Source of the DNA: an uncultured Actinomycetes bacterium
GTDB taxonomy: Bacteria; SZUA-79; Acidulodesulfobacterales; Acidulodesulfobacteraceae
DNA: 64,000 nucleotides
Assembly: GCA_964631685.1 (NCBI GenBank)
Contig: CAZVZU010000001.1
Coordinates: 224,001 to 288,000 of the forward strand
Direction of reading: 5' to 3'
Each line of letters begins with the position of its first letter. Positions within the stretch are counted from its first letter, which is position 1. The notes beneath the pieces are model-generated. The model ran no database searches. It worked only from the letters and a program-made list of their open reading frames with translations, and was not told the origin of the DNA. Shown one piece after another: positions 49,818 to 60,736 of the stretch. The position numbers and the translations under genes were made by a program.

Positions 49818-51044
49818 TTATTTACTGTGAACACGCGTCATATATCCTTCGTAATTTTGTTTGATATCTTTCAGGTTATCCCCCCCAAACTTCTTAAGAA
49901 AAAAAACACAAATAGAAAACGTCAATGCAGCTTCTCCGACAATGGAAGCAGCAGGAACGGCGCAAACATCCGAACGCTCACGAAACGCCTTCTCGGCCTT
50001 TCCTGTTTCTAAATCTATAGTATCTAGGTACGACTTCATAAGTGTGGGAATAGGTTTCATTGCACATTTAACGCTAATAATTTCCCCATTAGACATTCCG
50101 CCTTCTATGCCACCGGCATTATTCGTTTTTCTTGAATATCTTTTGCCCTCTTTGTCTGATTTATCTGAATAGATTGAATCTTGATAACGAGACCCCTCCG
50201 CATAACCGGATTCAATCCCTAAACCTATCCCAACACTCTTGATAGCTTGAATACTCATTAGAGACATTGCTATATGGCCATCTAATTTTTCGTCCCACTG
50301 GGTAAAACTACCCAAGCCAATCGGAACATCCTTGGCCTGAATTATAAAGATGCCACCAAGCGTGTCTCCTGCTTTCTTCATCTCATCGATTAATGACTTA
50401 ATCCTTCCTTCGGACTCAGGATAAGGCATGCGGAGTGAAGATTTTTCAATATTTTGCCTTATGGTATCGTCAAAAAGATTAATATTTGCATTGTTAGACA
50501 AACAAGTGTCTGATGAAAAATTATCCGTATGACATCTCAACCCTTTTTTTATTCCACCAATACTGAGCACCGCCGAAGCAAACTCAATACCGAAATTTTT
50601 CAAAAATAGCTGACATATCGCACCCACGGCAACCCTTGAGGCAGTCTCCCTAGCACTTGAACGCTCAATAACATTTCTTATGTCGTCAAGATCGTATTTT
50701 AGAGAACCGGCAAAATCCGCGTGACCAGGTCTTGGGATATGAAGCTGACTCTCTTTCGGGACAGGTTTATATACATCCATCTTCTCCCGCCAATTTTCAT
50801 AATCCTTATTTTTTATGAAAAAAGAAATAGGTGAACCGGTCGTATAACCGCCCCTAACCCCAGATAAAAATTCTATTCTGTCTGTTTCTATTTTTTGTCT
50901 TGCCCCCCTGCCATAACCAGACTGTCTTAACGCTAACTTTCCATTAATAAAATCCTCGTCTATTTTAATCCCTGCCGGAAAATTATCCATTATAGCAATG
51001 AGTTCTTTTCCGTGAGATTCCCCTGCCGTAAAAAATCTAAGCAT
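49818..51044 (-). CDS. aroC: Chorismate synthase
   Basis: TAGESHG, RQSGYGRG, PRPGHAD, ERSSARET, MKPIPT, ERSD. Confidence 0.97.
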   Translation of the reverse strand: MLRFFTAGESHGKELIAIMDNFPAGIKIDEDFINGKLALRQSGYGRGARQKIETDRIEFLSGVRGGYTTGSPISFFIKNKDYENWREKMDVYKPVPKESQLHIPRPGHADFAGSLKYDLDDIRNVIERSSARETASRVAVGAICQLFLKNFGIEFASAVLSIGGIKKGLRCHTDNFSSDTCLSNNANINLFDDTIRQNIEKSSLRMPYPESEGRIKSLIDEMKKAGDTLGGIFIIQAKDVPIGLGSFTQWDEKLDGHIAMSLMSIQAIKSVGIGLGIESGYAEGSRYQDSIYSDKSDKEGKRYSRKTNNAGGIEGGMSNGEIISVKCAMKPIPTLMKSYLDTIDLETGKAEKAFRERSDVCAVPAASIVGEAALTFSICVFFLKKFGGDNLKDIKQNYEGYMTRVHSK

Positions 51045-51087
51045 ATATTCTCCTAATAAGGTGTTAATTTAGTATTAAGTCAAGATA

Positions 51088-51933
51088 CTATTTTTCAATC
51101 ATCGCATAAGCATTATGGTTATGTATGCTTTCAAAATTTTCCGCCTCTACCCTGAACCACTTAATGTTTTCGTTCTTCTTTAGAATGCCGGCTACGCATC
51201 TTGCCACATCCTCGACAAACATTGGGTTTTCATAAGCATGTTCTGTCAAAAACCTTTCATCCGCTCTCTTTAAGAGCGAATACACTGGCGCGCTTGCGCA
51301 AGATTCAACATCGGCTATTATATCCTCAAACCATATAAGCTTGGAGAATTCAAGTGATACCGAAACTACCCCCCGTTGATTATGAGCGCCATATTTCGAT
51401 ATCTCTTTAGAACAAGGACAGAGTGTATTAATAGGAACCCTGACACCTATTTTAATAACGCTCTCTTCATTTTCTCTTTGATCCTCTTTTTTGTTTATGT
51501 CGTAATCTTCGTTACCTTTGAACTCTTTACCTATATTGGCATCTCTAGCCCTTATAGTTCCGTTATAATAACAAACATACTCCATTAAACTTCTTTTTCC
51601 ACTAATGGGAGCAGCCTTTTCAATAAAATAGGGAAATTCCATTTCAATAGAGGCAGAATTAGCATTTAAAACTCTTTTAATTTTTCTTAGAATATCGGGA
51701 AACTTAATAATGCTTATTTCCCCTCTGTACTCGTTTAAAACTTCAAGGAAGCGACTCATATGAGTGCCTTTAAAATAATGAGGAAGATCCACATACATAT
51801 TGACATTCGCTATAGTATGTTGGAGAGATTTTTTTTTATCCAGAACGGAAATAGGGTAATTAAGGTTTTTTATCCCTACCTTGTTTATGGCTATACCTCT
51901 TTTGTCTTTTGAATTTTGAATATCTTTCAACAT
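51088..51933 (-). CDS. folE2: GTP cyclohydrolase FolE2
   Basis: KGTHMSRF, LCPCSKEIS..GAHNQR, ENPMFVED, ESIHNHNA. Confidence 0.95.
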   Translation of the reverse strand: MLKDIQNSKDKRGIAINKVGIKNLNYPISVLDKKKSLQHTIANVNMYVDLPHYFKGTHMSRFLEVLNEYRGEISIIKFPDILRKIKRVLNANSASIEMEFPYFIEKAAPISGKRSLMEYVCYYNGTIRARDANIGKEFKGNEDYDINKKEDQRENEESVIKIGVRVPINTLCPCSKEISKYGAHNQRGVVSVSLEFSKLIWFEDIIADVESCASAPVYSLLKRADERFLTEHAYENPMFVEDVARCVAGILKKNENIKWFRVEAENFESIHNHNAYAMIEK

Positions 51934-52245
51934 TAAAGATTAATACAATTTTTTAAAGACTCTATTATGCGTTCCCTATGCAATAATAATATTATACCGT
52001 TAGATATCGAACACCATAAGCGGGCAAGCAAAAGTCTCATATTTTTCGACAGTTACATTAATTTTCAGTTCGCTTTTTAACATCGTCGGAAGGCAACGCT
52101 AACTCAAGAGGGGCTTCCTTTAGGGTTTATATAATAAATATTAATACTTGCTTAGCTTTTTAATCAATCAAACAACCTGCCAATCGCTACGTTATTGTAA
52201 TGCAATTGGAGTACAAAATCAAGCGGAAAATTTAAAAATATCCTA

Positions 52246-53655
52246 TCACTTTATGATCCTCGGAGTGATAAATATTAACAATTCATCCTTTGAATAATTC
52301 ACATTTTGGGATTTAAAAAGCCATCCCAAGAGCGGAATATTCATGAGTACCGGGATTCCATTACTGGAAACCGTTTTACTTGTTTGATATACACCACCAA
52401 TAACAACTGTCTGCCTGTCTTTAATAATGACGGTAGAATTTATGCTCTCTGTATCAAGCGTTGCCTGCGCTCCATAAATGGGCGGTGCTATCGTGTTGTT
52501 GGAAGAATTTATAACCAACTTTACATTGCCGTTAGACATGATATGAGGAGTTATCTTAAGCGAAATTTGAGCGGTGATAGCTTGCGGCGCAGCCGTAGCC
52601 CCTACACCTGCAACACCAGGAAGATATAAAGTTTGACCTTTTTCTATTGTAGCAGGTTGATTATTGAGAACAATAATCTTCGGAGATGCAATTGATTTCG
52701 CTTTAGCTAAATTTTCCAGTGCCTCAAGCGTCGCACTTATACTGGCATATTGATTAATTATTCCAATAGAAAAAGTACCAGGCGATGCGGTAGCAAGAGA
52801 CGGCGCGGCGCCAGTCGGAATAATTAAACCCGGTCCCGCCGGTGAACCTGACAATTGACCGGACAAATAATTTGGCGGAGTATTAACAGTGTTGGTATGA
52901 GCCGCCGCCGAATAACCTCCTTCCCAGTTGATACCTAATTGATTTGTATAGTTCTTACTGACCTCTTCCATTCTGGCAATAATCATAACCTCAGGCGTTC
53001 TTTTATCAAGCCTCTTTATAAGATTTATCGCCTTCACTACATTTTCCTTGATATCTGAAATAATTAAGGCATGAAGAGATTTATCAAACATTACTGTGCC
53101 TTGGGAGCTTAAAACCGTTTTAATCTTCGGCATAAGCCCACTTACGCTCACATAATTTATCGGAACGATTTTGGTAATCTTCGGCTGCGAAATTGCTCTC
53201 GCCTTTCTTTCCGCTGAGACAACCGACGCTATAGTGCTTGATGCATTTATATAATAAATTCCATGTTTCTTGACCATTCCAAGCCCATATGCTTCCATGA
53301 TAACAGACAATATATCCTTCAACGGAACATTGTGCATTTTCATAGTCACAGCGCCCTTAACATCGGAGCCTATTAAAACATTCATATTGGAAACACGTGC
53401 AATCATCCTTATTACATCGACAATACTGGCATTTTGAAAATCAAAACTAACCTTCATATTCGTGGGATCGACGAAGAACCTTTTAACCGTCTGCTGATTC
53501 TTCACAGAAGAATTACTACTAGGACTTGCAAATGAGTTAATTTGAGGAAATATAATAAAGCCTACAAGCATTAAAGTTATAATAATCCATTTAAAACCGA
53601 ATCTGGCACCGACTAATCTCATTCTATCTATAGATTCTAAACTTAACTTTTTCAT
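52246..53655 (-). CDS. pilQ: Type IV pilus secretin PilQ
   Basis: VSFDFQNA, LD..TPEVMI.AR, LGINW, VIGGVY, IP.L..IPLLGWLF, ELLIFITPRI. Confidence 0.9.
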   Translation of the reverse strand: MKKLSLESIDRMRLVGARFGFKWIIITLMLVGFIIFPQINSFASPSSNSSVKNQQTVKRFFVDPTNMKVSFDFQNASIVDVIRMIARVSNMNVLIGSDVKGAVTMKMHNVPLKDILSVIMEAYGLGMVKKHGIYYINASSTIASVVSAERKARAISQPKITKIVPINYVSVSGLMPKIKTVLSSQGTVMFDKSLHALIISDIKENVVKAINLIKRLDKRTPEVMIIARMEEVSKNYTNQLGINWEGGYSAAAHTNTVNTPPNYLSGQLSGSPAGPGLIIPTGAAPSLATASPGTFSIGIINQYASISATLEALENLAKAKSIASPKIIVLNNQPATIEKGQTLYLPGVAGVGATAAPQAITAQISLKITPHIMSNGNVKLVINSSNNTIAPPIYGAQATLDTESINSTVIIKDRQTVVIGGVYQTSKTVSSNGIPVLMNIPLLGWLFKSQNVNYSKDELLIFITPRIIK

Positions 53656-53687
53656 CGTAATTTCCTCATATAATGCAAGGTGTAAAG

Positions 53688-54143
53688 TTACCCTACAATT
53701 TTCATAACAACGTTAACAGAACGTGCTTGCCCTAAAGCATTATAAGTATTTTCGACCAACTTTATTGAATTATCCCCGATAGATATAACCCTTGCCCTAT
53801 CAATTCCAATAATGGAGCCGACCGTAATTATGTAAGATTTATTATCTGGCGTCTGAATCATGGCAAAATATTTACCCTCTCTTTCCATTATTCCGACTAT
53901 CTTTAGAGACGATAAGCTATATCGAAATAGCGGTATTTCTCCAACTTTAAATGAAACAGAAGGCTTTTTTGTGTATAAAAACGTTTGAAACGGATTTCTT
54001 TTTAGGAAATTGGGATATGTCAACAAGCTCTGCTGAACCCGCGCCTTATGTTTTATTATATTTTCTTTTGCCGAAGCGCCTACCGACAAAGAAGACAAGA
54101 ATAGGACAATACTAAACACTAAAACGATTCTTCTCATTTTCAA
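53688..54143 (-). CDS. pilP: PilP-like pilus assembly protein
   Basis: RNPF, PL.RY.LSSLK.VGI, AMIQTPD; operon position. Confidence 0.85.
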   Translation of the reverse strand: MKMRRIVLVFSIVLFLSSLSVGASAKENIIKHKARVQQSLLTYPNFLKRNPFQTFLYTKKPSVSFKVGEIPLFRYSLSSLKIVGIMEREGKYFAMIQTPDNKSYIITVGSIIGIDRARVISIGDNSIKLVENTYNALGQARSVNVVMKIVG

Positions 54144-54739
54144 CGACGCCCCCTACTTTTTTTAATTTTTTTTGGAGGCGACCCGATAAAAGAAAACGTT
54201 GTCCCTCTAAAACCAACGGACACCCTTTGAGTATTTGAGTCTTTTGTTATAGAAACATCATGAACATCAACTATTCTTTTCATGCTTGCAAGTTTATAAA
54301 AAAACTTATAAACATTATGAAAATCACCACTTATATGCATTGAAAACGGAACAGCTTCATAGAAACCTTGGGGTATTATCTTGCCAGGTTTAAACATTTC
54401 CAGGCTTAAATGAAGTGCTTTTTCATAATTAGAGATCTTCATAAGAAGTCCGGGGATATCCTTTTTCGACGGGAGCTCCTTAACGAGATAGGCAAATTCT
54501 TTGTTGAGCGCACTACTCTTTTTTACGAGCATCGGATATGATTTCACCAGAATCAAATAAGAAGCGTACTTCGCCCGAACACCCCTAAGCGTACCCTCTT
54601 TTTGGTTTAATTTTAGGGCTAAACCCGAGTAAATTAAATAGTAATAAACGGCCATTATTACTATGAATAAAACAAAACTAATGATCAAACCCAAAGCAAC
54701 CGTACTTTTAAAATCTATTTTAAGTTTTTTAATATCCAT
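54140..54739 (-). CDS. pilO: Pilus assembly protein PilO
   Basis: LPSKKDIPGLL, FY..VP, G.FH....F, MKRIV. Confidence 0.88.
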   Translation of the reverse strand: MDIKKLKIDFKSTVALGLIISFVLFIVIMAVYYYLIYSGLALKLNQKEGTLRGVRAKYASYLILVKSYPMLVKKSSALNKEFAYLVKELPSKKDIPGLLMKISNYEKALHLSLEMFKPGKIIPQGFYEAVPFSMHISGDFHNVYKFFYKLASMKRIVDVHDVSITKDSNTQRVSVGFRGTTFSFIGSPPKKIKKSRGRR

Positions 54740-54780
54740 AATTGAAGTAAACGTTATAATGAAATCGCACAGCGCTCAGG

Positions 54781-55362
54781 CTAATGTGATTTCATTATCC
54801 TTTTTTTAGTAACCTCGCGTTCATTTTGAAATGTTAATCTGAAATTTTGAAGTTTCAAGTCTTGTTTTTTGATTTCCGATGTCTGTATTAAGGTTACATT
54901 ATGAAAAAAACCTGTCTTATTTAGATTATCCATAAACAACGAAACAACCTGTCCGTCTAATGCAACACCATTGACGGTTATATTTCCATTAGATGATTTT
55001 AAAGAATTAATCCATGCAAACCTAGGAATAGTTACGGTAACATAGTAGATATACCCAATCGGTCCAATCTGCTCTTTTTTTAATGTATTTATCACGCTAA
55101 TTTTTTGCATAATAAGGTTTTGCTGACGTTTAATCGCATTTACCATACGCACCCTAGGAAGTAATACCGATATCCTACTGTTATAAATTTTAATATTGCC
55201 ATTTACGCTACTAATCTTGGTTTCAATAGAATACTGCATAAGAAATATAGCAACTCCCGCTATAATAATAGGAATGATAATATATAAAACAATATTTTTC
55301 TTCTCAGTCTTACTTATTACACCTTTTTGTTTTTTATTTAAGTTGATCTTAATCATTGTCAT
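54781..55362 (-). CDS. pilN: Pilus assembly protein PilN
   Basis: MIKINL, TM, P..AWI.SL, G.A....VS.FM.NL. Confidence 0.88.
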   Translation of the reverse strand: MTMIKINLNKKQKGVISKTEKKNIVLYIIIPIIIAGVAIFLMQYSIETKISSVNGNIKIYNSRISVLLPRVRMVNAIKRQQNLIMQKISVINTLKKEQIGPIGYIYYVTVTIPRFAWINSLKSSNGNITVNGVALDGQVVSLFMDNLNKTGFFHNVTLIQTSEIKKQDLKLQNFRLTFQNEREVTKKRIMKSH

Positions 55363-56423
55363 TCAAGCCCTCTTAATGCCAAACCAACGGCGGTACCAAA
55401 TAAACGGCGAAAACTATCAACAGACATATTTTTATCCTTAAAAAGCAAACCTCTAAATGGATTTACATCCTCCACAGAAATATTTAACTTCTTCTCTATG
55501 CCGTCCGCAAGACCGGATAAGCTGCTAGAACCACCCGTCAGATAAATCTTGCTAGGATACTGTTTATCGTTATTGGCCGCAAAATAGTCGATTGTCCTTT
55601 GAATCTCTGATGTTATCCTTGTTATAATCATATTTAAGTATATAGCGTAGTTTGTTTGAAAATCAGCGTCATTCTTGTCAATATCACCATCACCCGTTTT
55701 AATATTCTCGGCTTCATTAAAATCTATCTGAAATTTTTTCGCTATCTCTTCAGTAATGTTAACCCCACCTATAGGAATATCCCTCCTGAATAGATTTAAC
55801 CCGTTTTGCATCACATGAACATTTGTTTCTGATGCACCTACGCCCACAAGTGCTACTAGCTCGTCATATTCTTCCGGATAATTAAAGTTAAACATATTTT
55901 CAACGGCTATGCAGTCAACATCCACTATGAACGGATTTAACCCGCACTCACGAATGAAGCCTGTCTGATTATTTATAATATCTTTTTTGCCGGCGATTAT
56001 CATTATCATGTTGTTATTAGGATCGATCTTGGATTCTCCCAGAACAACATAATCGTAAAAAACCTCATTTATATCATAACTGATATATTGTTGTGCCTCG
56101 TAATACATTGAAGAACTAAGATCGCTTCCCTTCATCTTGGGCATTTCTATAGTTTTTATGATGATATGTTTACACGGAACCGCAATAACAACATTTTTTT
56201 CCTTTATCCCGAGCCTGGAAAATGAACTTTTTATGTAGGAAGCAACCGATGCGGCATCGTCTATTACCCCATTACTAACAGCTCCGCTTGGTAAACCTAT
56301 CACATCAAAGTCATCTATGCGATATTTATGACCAGATTTAGAGAGCTTCAACACCTTTATTGAATTAGAGCCTATGTCTATCCCTACACTGCTTTTCGAA
56401 CCAAAAGTAAGATTAAATGCCAT
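55359..56423 (-). CDS. pilM: Pilus assembly actin-like protein PilM
   Basis: VGIDIGS.SIK, VDVD..A.EN, IGG..IT, LTGG, NPF, AVGLALR. Confidence 0.92.
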   Translation of the reverse strand: MAFNLTFGSKSSVGIDIGSNSIKVLKLSKSGHKYRIDDFDVIGLPSGAVSNGVIDDAASVASYIKSSFSRLGIKEKNVVIAVPCKHIIIKTIEMPKMKGSDLSSSMYYEAQQYISYDINEVFYDYVVLGESKIDPNNNMIMIIAGKKDIINNQTGFIRECGLNPFIVDVDCIAVENMFNFNYPEEYDELVALVGVGASETNVHVMQNGLNLFRRDIPIGGVNITEEIAKKFQIDFNEAENIKTGDGDIDKNDADFQTNYAIYLNMIITRITSEIQRTIDYFAANNDKQYPSKIYLTGGSSSLSGLADGIEKKLNISVEDVNPFRGLLFKDKNMSVDSFRRLFGTAVGLALRGLE

Positions 56424-56612
56424 ACAAGTTTACCCTTCCAGTATTTCCATTATCCACTGCCCGGAAATAACTAAATATACTCAACTTCATTAAATTGTTA
56501 ATCCTTACAAACTATTTTAATATAAATTATTCTATTGTCAAGTTTTTTTATTGCATTGTATTTTTTATTTTGCTTTTTGATAGAAAAATCGTATAATACT
56601 CTAATTAAAATT

Positions 56613-58157
56613 ATGAACAAAAATAAAACTATCTCAATCTTTCTTTTAGCCATACTTCTGGTACTTCTTGTCATAAGACTCGTATTAATCACAAGAGTAG
56701 ATTTAATTCCCGAAGAAGTCTACTATTGGCAATGGGCAAGACATTTGTCGCTTTCCTACTACGATATGTCACCCATGGTTGCTTATACGATAGCCTTGAC
56801 AACATTTTTTGGTAAATTGAACTCACAGTTTTTTGTGAGGCTTGCAGCACCCATTATTTCCTTAATCTTATCCCTGTATGTATTTATTGCTTTAAGAAAG
56901 ATTACCAAAAACAATCTGTTCTCGCTCTTATGGGCAGTATTATTAAATACTATTCCCATACTTAACGTAGGTTCGATACTAATTGTGTATGGAAACCTGC
57001 AGATGTTATTTTTCTCATTAACAATATTATTCCTGATATACCTCATAGTAACCAAAAAGGATTTTTATTGGTATTTAATAGGAATTTCGACTGGACTCGC
57101 TCTTTTAAGCAAATATACAGCAGGTTTTATATATCCAATAGTACTTTTATTTCTTGTCCTCAGTAAAAATTATCGTAAATATTTTCTTAGAAAAGAACCA
57201 TATTTAGCCTTTCTGATATCAATAGTACTTTTTTTACCAGTAATCATATGGAATTATATGAATGATTTTGTATCACTTAGACATATTATGACTTTGTCGG
57301 GTCACTCTGTTAATTTTAGTACGTTTTTATCAAACTTTTCCTTGCTCATGGTTTCCCAAGCAGGCATAGTTTCTCCGTTCATATTTATCATTATATTAAT
57401 CTCTATTTTTGCAGGGTTATATCTCGGGTTAAAAGAAAATAACGATACATATTTGGTACTTTCAATATCGTCCTTACTACCATTTCTTTACTTTATATAT
57501 CAATGTACAAAAACAACGGTTCAACCTAATTGGCCGGTATTTTTATATTTTCCGGCCTTTTTATTGACATCCATTTTAGTATTAAGATTGCACTCCGGAT
57601 TTAAGTCGCAAAAGCTTAAGAAGATGGTTACCGGCTTCTATGTGGTTTCTTTTGCCGTAGGGCTTCTTTTTTCATTAATTATATTTTTAGAGCCTTATCA
57701 CCCAATAATTAAAATGCGATTAGACAAGAGTCCTATGAGGAATGTGCTTGGGTGGAAAAAATTAGGACGATACGTCAACAAAGAACTTGCAGGTCACAAA
57801 AAAGACAATCTGCTAATAGCAGCAAGAAGATTTCAAGTGGCAAGCGAACTTGCATATTATGTAAAGGGTAAACCGCAAACATATTCGTTTAACTACTTTA
57901 CCAGGGATAACGAATATGCATTCTGGAACAACTTTAATAGTAAAAAAGGCAGAAATTTCCTTTACGTGATAGATACAAAATACGGCAAAAATATAAAAAA
58001 TGAATTATGTAAAAACTTCAGTAGCTGTTTACTACTAAAAAAGATTACAATAACAGATGATCACGCTACGGTGAGGATAGTCAAATTCTACCTACTAAAA
58101 AACTTTTTATACAAGGATAAATATCTATTTAATAAATTTTCCTCAAAAGAGTTCTAA
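56613..58157 (+). CDS. ArnT/GT39-family (GT-C) membrane glycosyltransferase
   Basis: EEVYYWQW..HL.LSYYD..PM, GLALLSKY, PVIIWN, NW; many TMs. Confidence 0.85.
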   Translation: MNKNKTISIFLLAILLVLLVIRLVLITRVDLIPEEVYYWQWARHLSLSYYDMSPMVAYTIALTTFFGKLNSQFFVRLAAPIISLILSLYVFIALRKITKNNLFSLLWAVLLNTIPILNVGSILIVYGNLQMLFFSLTILFLIYLIVTKKDFYWYLIGISTGLALLSKYTAGFIYPIVLLFLVLSKNYRKYFLRKEPYLAFLISIVLFLPVIIWNYMNDFVSLRHIMTLSGHSVNFSTFLSNFSLLMVSQAGIVSPFIFIIILISIFAGLYLGLKENNDTYLVLSISSLLPFLYFIYQCTKTTVQPNWPVFLYFPAFLLTSILVLRLHSGFKSQKLKKMVTGFYVVSFAVGLLFSLIIFLEPYHPIIKMRLDKSPMRNVLGWKKLGRYVNKELAGHKKDNLLIAARRFQVASELAYYVKGKPQTYSFNYFTRDNEYAFWNNFNSKKGRNFLYVIDTKYGKNIKNELCKNFSSCLLLKKITITDDHATVRIVKFYLLKNFLYKDKYLFNKFSSKEF

Positions 58158-58175
58158 GTCTTGTGTATTTTTCAA

Positions 58176-59099
58176 TTAAAATCCTTTTTCTTCCAGCACA
58201 TTGAGTGGCTTAGAAAACATATCGCCAAACTCCGCCTGCTTTTTAGAAAACCCGAATGCTAATGCCATAAGTTGCGTTAAATATACGACCGGAAGTTCTG
58301 CGTCTTTGCCTAATTTTTTAACTATGGCAGGCTGATTTACATCCAATGCCCCTGCGCACTTCGGACAAATAAGAACTAGTAAATCGGCACCGGCTTTTTT
58401 GGCCTTAGAAAGCGTCTGTGCGCATAAAGTAAAAGAAGTTTCCTCATCCTGGACAACATTCCTCCCGCCGCAACACTGCACTTCATTGCCATAGAAAACA
58501 GTTTCAGCTCCCATAGCTTCCAAGAAATCATGCATAAACCTCGGCCTTTCCGAATTGTCTATTTTAGGTTTTTTATCTGTGAAAGTATACATTGACGGCC
58601 TGGAATAGAGGCATCCGTAATACGGCGCTAATTTTAGTCCTTTTAAAGACTGAACCACATTTTTTCTCACCTCATCCACACCCTTCTCATTGTATAAAAA
58701 TTCCAAGATATGCCTAGGTTCTCCATCAGGTATAAACTCTTCTTCATTCTCGCCCGCATCCTTAAAAATACCATTGACGTCTGCCAACTCATTTTCATTT
58801 TCCCTAACTCTCGCAACTGCCCTGCTAAACTCATGATGACACACTGAACATGCCATAACCAAGTCCTTTGAACCAAGCCTAGACTTTGCAAGCATCATAT
58901 TCCTAAGCGGCAAATATAAGGAAACTGCACCCTTAGATTTCATCTCTCCGATTCCGCAGCAGTTGTAATCAGGTAGTTCAATAAGCTCTATGCCCATCTT
59001 TTTTGACACTAATTTTGAGCTATTATTATAAGCCCTGTCGATCGTCAGCAAAGCGCATCCGGGATAATATGCCACCTGATTTTCCTTTATTTTATCCAT
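58176..59099 (-). CDS. hdrB2: Heterodisulfide reductase-like subunit B2 (sHdrB2)
   Basis: AYYPGC, NCCG, ACSVC, PYYGC..SRP, CCGG, CPKC...LD, YLTQL. Confidence 0.88.
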   Translation of the reverse strand: MDKIKENQVAYYPGCALLTIDRAYNNSSKLVSKKMGIELIELPDYNCCGIGEMKSKGAVSLYLPLRNMMLAKSRLGSKDLVMACSVCHHEFSRAVARVRENENELADVNGIFKDAGENEEEFIPDGEPRHILEFLYNEKGVDEVRKNVVQSLKGLKLAPYYGCLYSRPSMYTFTDKKPKIDNSERPRFMHDFLEAMGAETVFYGNEVQCCGGRNVVQDEETSFTLCAQTLSKAKKAGADLLVLICPKCAGALDVNQPAIVKKLGKDAELPVVYLTQLMALAFGFSKKQAEFGDMFSKPLNVLEEKGF

Positions 59100-59149
59100 A
59101 CAAATAATCCTCCTCTATAGACCCCTCCCGTAAAAAAAGGGGATACCAG

Positions 59150-59914
59150 TTATAATGTCTCTTTTTCAATCGTGTCCGTATTTCTTAGATAACGCTCTAT
59201 TGCCTTTCTCGGTCTATCCCAATGGTGCGGCTTGCCAAGTTTTAATATTGAAAAAGCTCTTCCATCCTTAAGCATCTTCAAAATAGCACCCCTTTCTACC
59301 TTTCCTATCAATTCTTTAGCTCTCCCCATTTTGCGCATTGATGAAATATGGAGCTTAGCCAAATCTAACCTTCCATTACCCAAAATCATGTCTTTATAAA
59401 TTTTTTTCACGTCCTCATCAAACTTCAATTTACTTTTAACCTCTTGGGGAAAATATTTTTTAATTAAAAGTGCAAGAGCCTCCATCATTTCGGCAGGGTT
59501 CACTTGTTTAGGGCACCTCTGCGAACATTTGTAGCATCCGACGCATCGCCATGCAACATCCACATATTTTTTTAACTTTTTTAAGTTACCAAGTTGCATC
59601 ATATATATAAATGCTCTTGGGTTAAATCTATTATATAAAGGAGTCACCGTGCAACTTGCGGTACACATTCCGCACTGCCAACATCTATTAATCCTGGAAC
59701 CGACAACGGTTTTTTTGATTTCATTAAAAAACGATCTATCAAATTCAGAATCAACCCTTGTATAAATAAACGTATTCCACCTGCCAGAAACATCAACTCC
59801 GTCTATGACTAAATTTTTCTCTTCCTTGATATAATCGTCTTCGATTAAATGTCTTGCTATTATATGTTCCCCTTTTTCAGCAACCGGTCTTTTCCCCTGC
59901 TTTTCCAAAGCCAT
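59150..59914 (-). CDS. hdrC2: Heterodisulfide reductase-like subunit C2 (sHdrC2)
   Basis: DGVDVSG.WN, CWQCGMCTASC, WRCVGCYKCSQRCPK. Confidence 0.88.
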   Translation of the reverse strand: MALEKQGKRPVAEKGEHIIARHLIEDDYIKEEKNLVIDGVDVSGRWNTFIYTRVDSEFDRSFFNEIKKTVVGSRINRCWQCGMCTASCTVTPLYNRFNPRAFIYMMQLGNLKKLKKYVDVAWRCVGCYKCSQRCPKQVNPAEMMEALALLIKKYFPQEVKSKLKFDEDVKKIYKDMILGNGRLDLAKLHISSMRKMGRAKELIGKVERGAILKMLKDGRAFSILKLGKPHHWDRPRKAIERYLRNTDTIEKETL

Positions 59915-59951
59915 AATGCCCTCCAAAATTAGATAATCCTTAAAATTATTT

Positions 59952-60731
59952 TTAAGACATATTCATTAAATCCTTTTTCAATTCGGGCAACTCTAATTTT
60001 TCAACCCCCAGCAGTTTCTTCATTAATGTAAATCCATCCGGCACACCGATAGATAAAGACTTAGACTCAGCGTATACCATTTTATAAACATAATCCGAAT
60101 ACATGTAGCTTAAGAGAATATCGGCGCCATACGGCGGATCTATCGCGAAGCCGTTTTTATTTGACAATTCATAAAGATAGTTAATTTCATCCCTCATTTC
60201 TTTAATACTGAACGGCATGATATATGGGTTTCCTTCCCATGTTCTTTTTAAAAAATCAGCCATATAAGGCAAGCACCCTGTCCCATTATCTTGCCTGTAA
60301 ACCCACGATGTCCATAAAACATTTTTCTTCGGTTCACAAAAATGCAAAATCTCCAAGGCTATATCCCTTTTAGCCATAACATTTTCATATGGAATCGCCG
60401 ACAAAAACCTACCTATTTTTATCTCTGCCGATTTTCTCGAATCACCTAAATGATTAAATCCGTTATTCAAGATATCAAGACTTATGGTTTTAATAATTTT
60501 ATTCCTATGCCTTCTTGCGGTAAATATAAAAGATAATATCTTGTCAAAATCGTCTTTTTTTAATCTTCCGCCACGCACACCCGACAAAAAATCCTTAATC
60601 ATCTTTGTTTTGTGACTTAACAGGACATTGAGCGTCTCCATTTTGTCTGCGGGCAAATTATCTCTCACAATCTCAAAGAACTTTCCCTCATATCTTTCGT
60701 CTATTTTATTGTTTTTTAGAATATACGGCAT
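59952..60731 (-). CDS. Conserved hypothetical protein of the sHdr cluster (HdrH/Hyp)
   Basis: Located between hdrA and hdrC2; FTARR, EILHF..P....LWT.WV....TG.L. Confidence 0.72.
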   Translation of the reverse strand: MPYILKNNKIDERYEGKFFEIVRDNLPADKMETLNVLLSHKTKMIKDFLSGVRGGRLKKDDFDKILSFIFTARRHRNKIIKTISLDILNNGFNHLGDSRKSAEIKIGRFLSAIPYENVMAKRDIALEILHFCEPKKNVLWTSWVYRQDNGTGCLPYMADFLKRTWEGNPYIMPFSIKEMRDEINYLYELSNKNGFAIDPPYGADILLSYMYSDYVYKMVYAESKSLSIGVPDGFTLMKKLLGVEKLELPELKKDLMNMS

Positions 60732-60736
60732 AAAAA

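Noticed and set aside
51934..52245. Possible ncRNA or small ORF between pilQ and folE2
   Set aside because: No recognisable riboswitch consensus; the short ORFs lack an RBS and motifs
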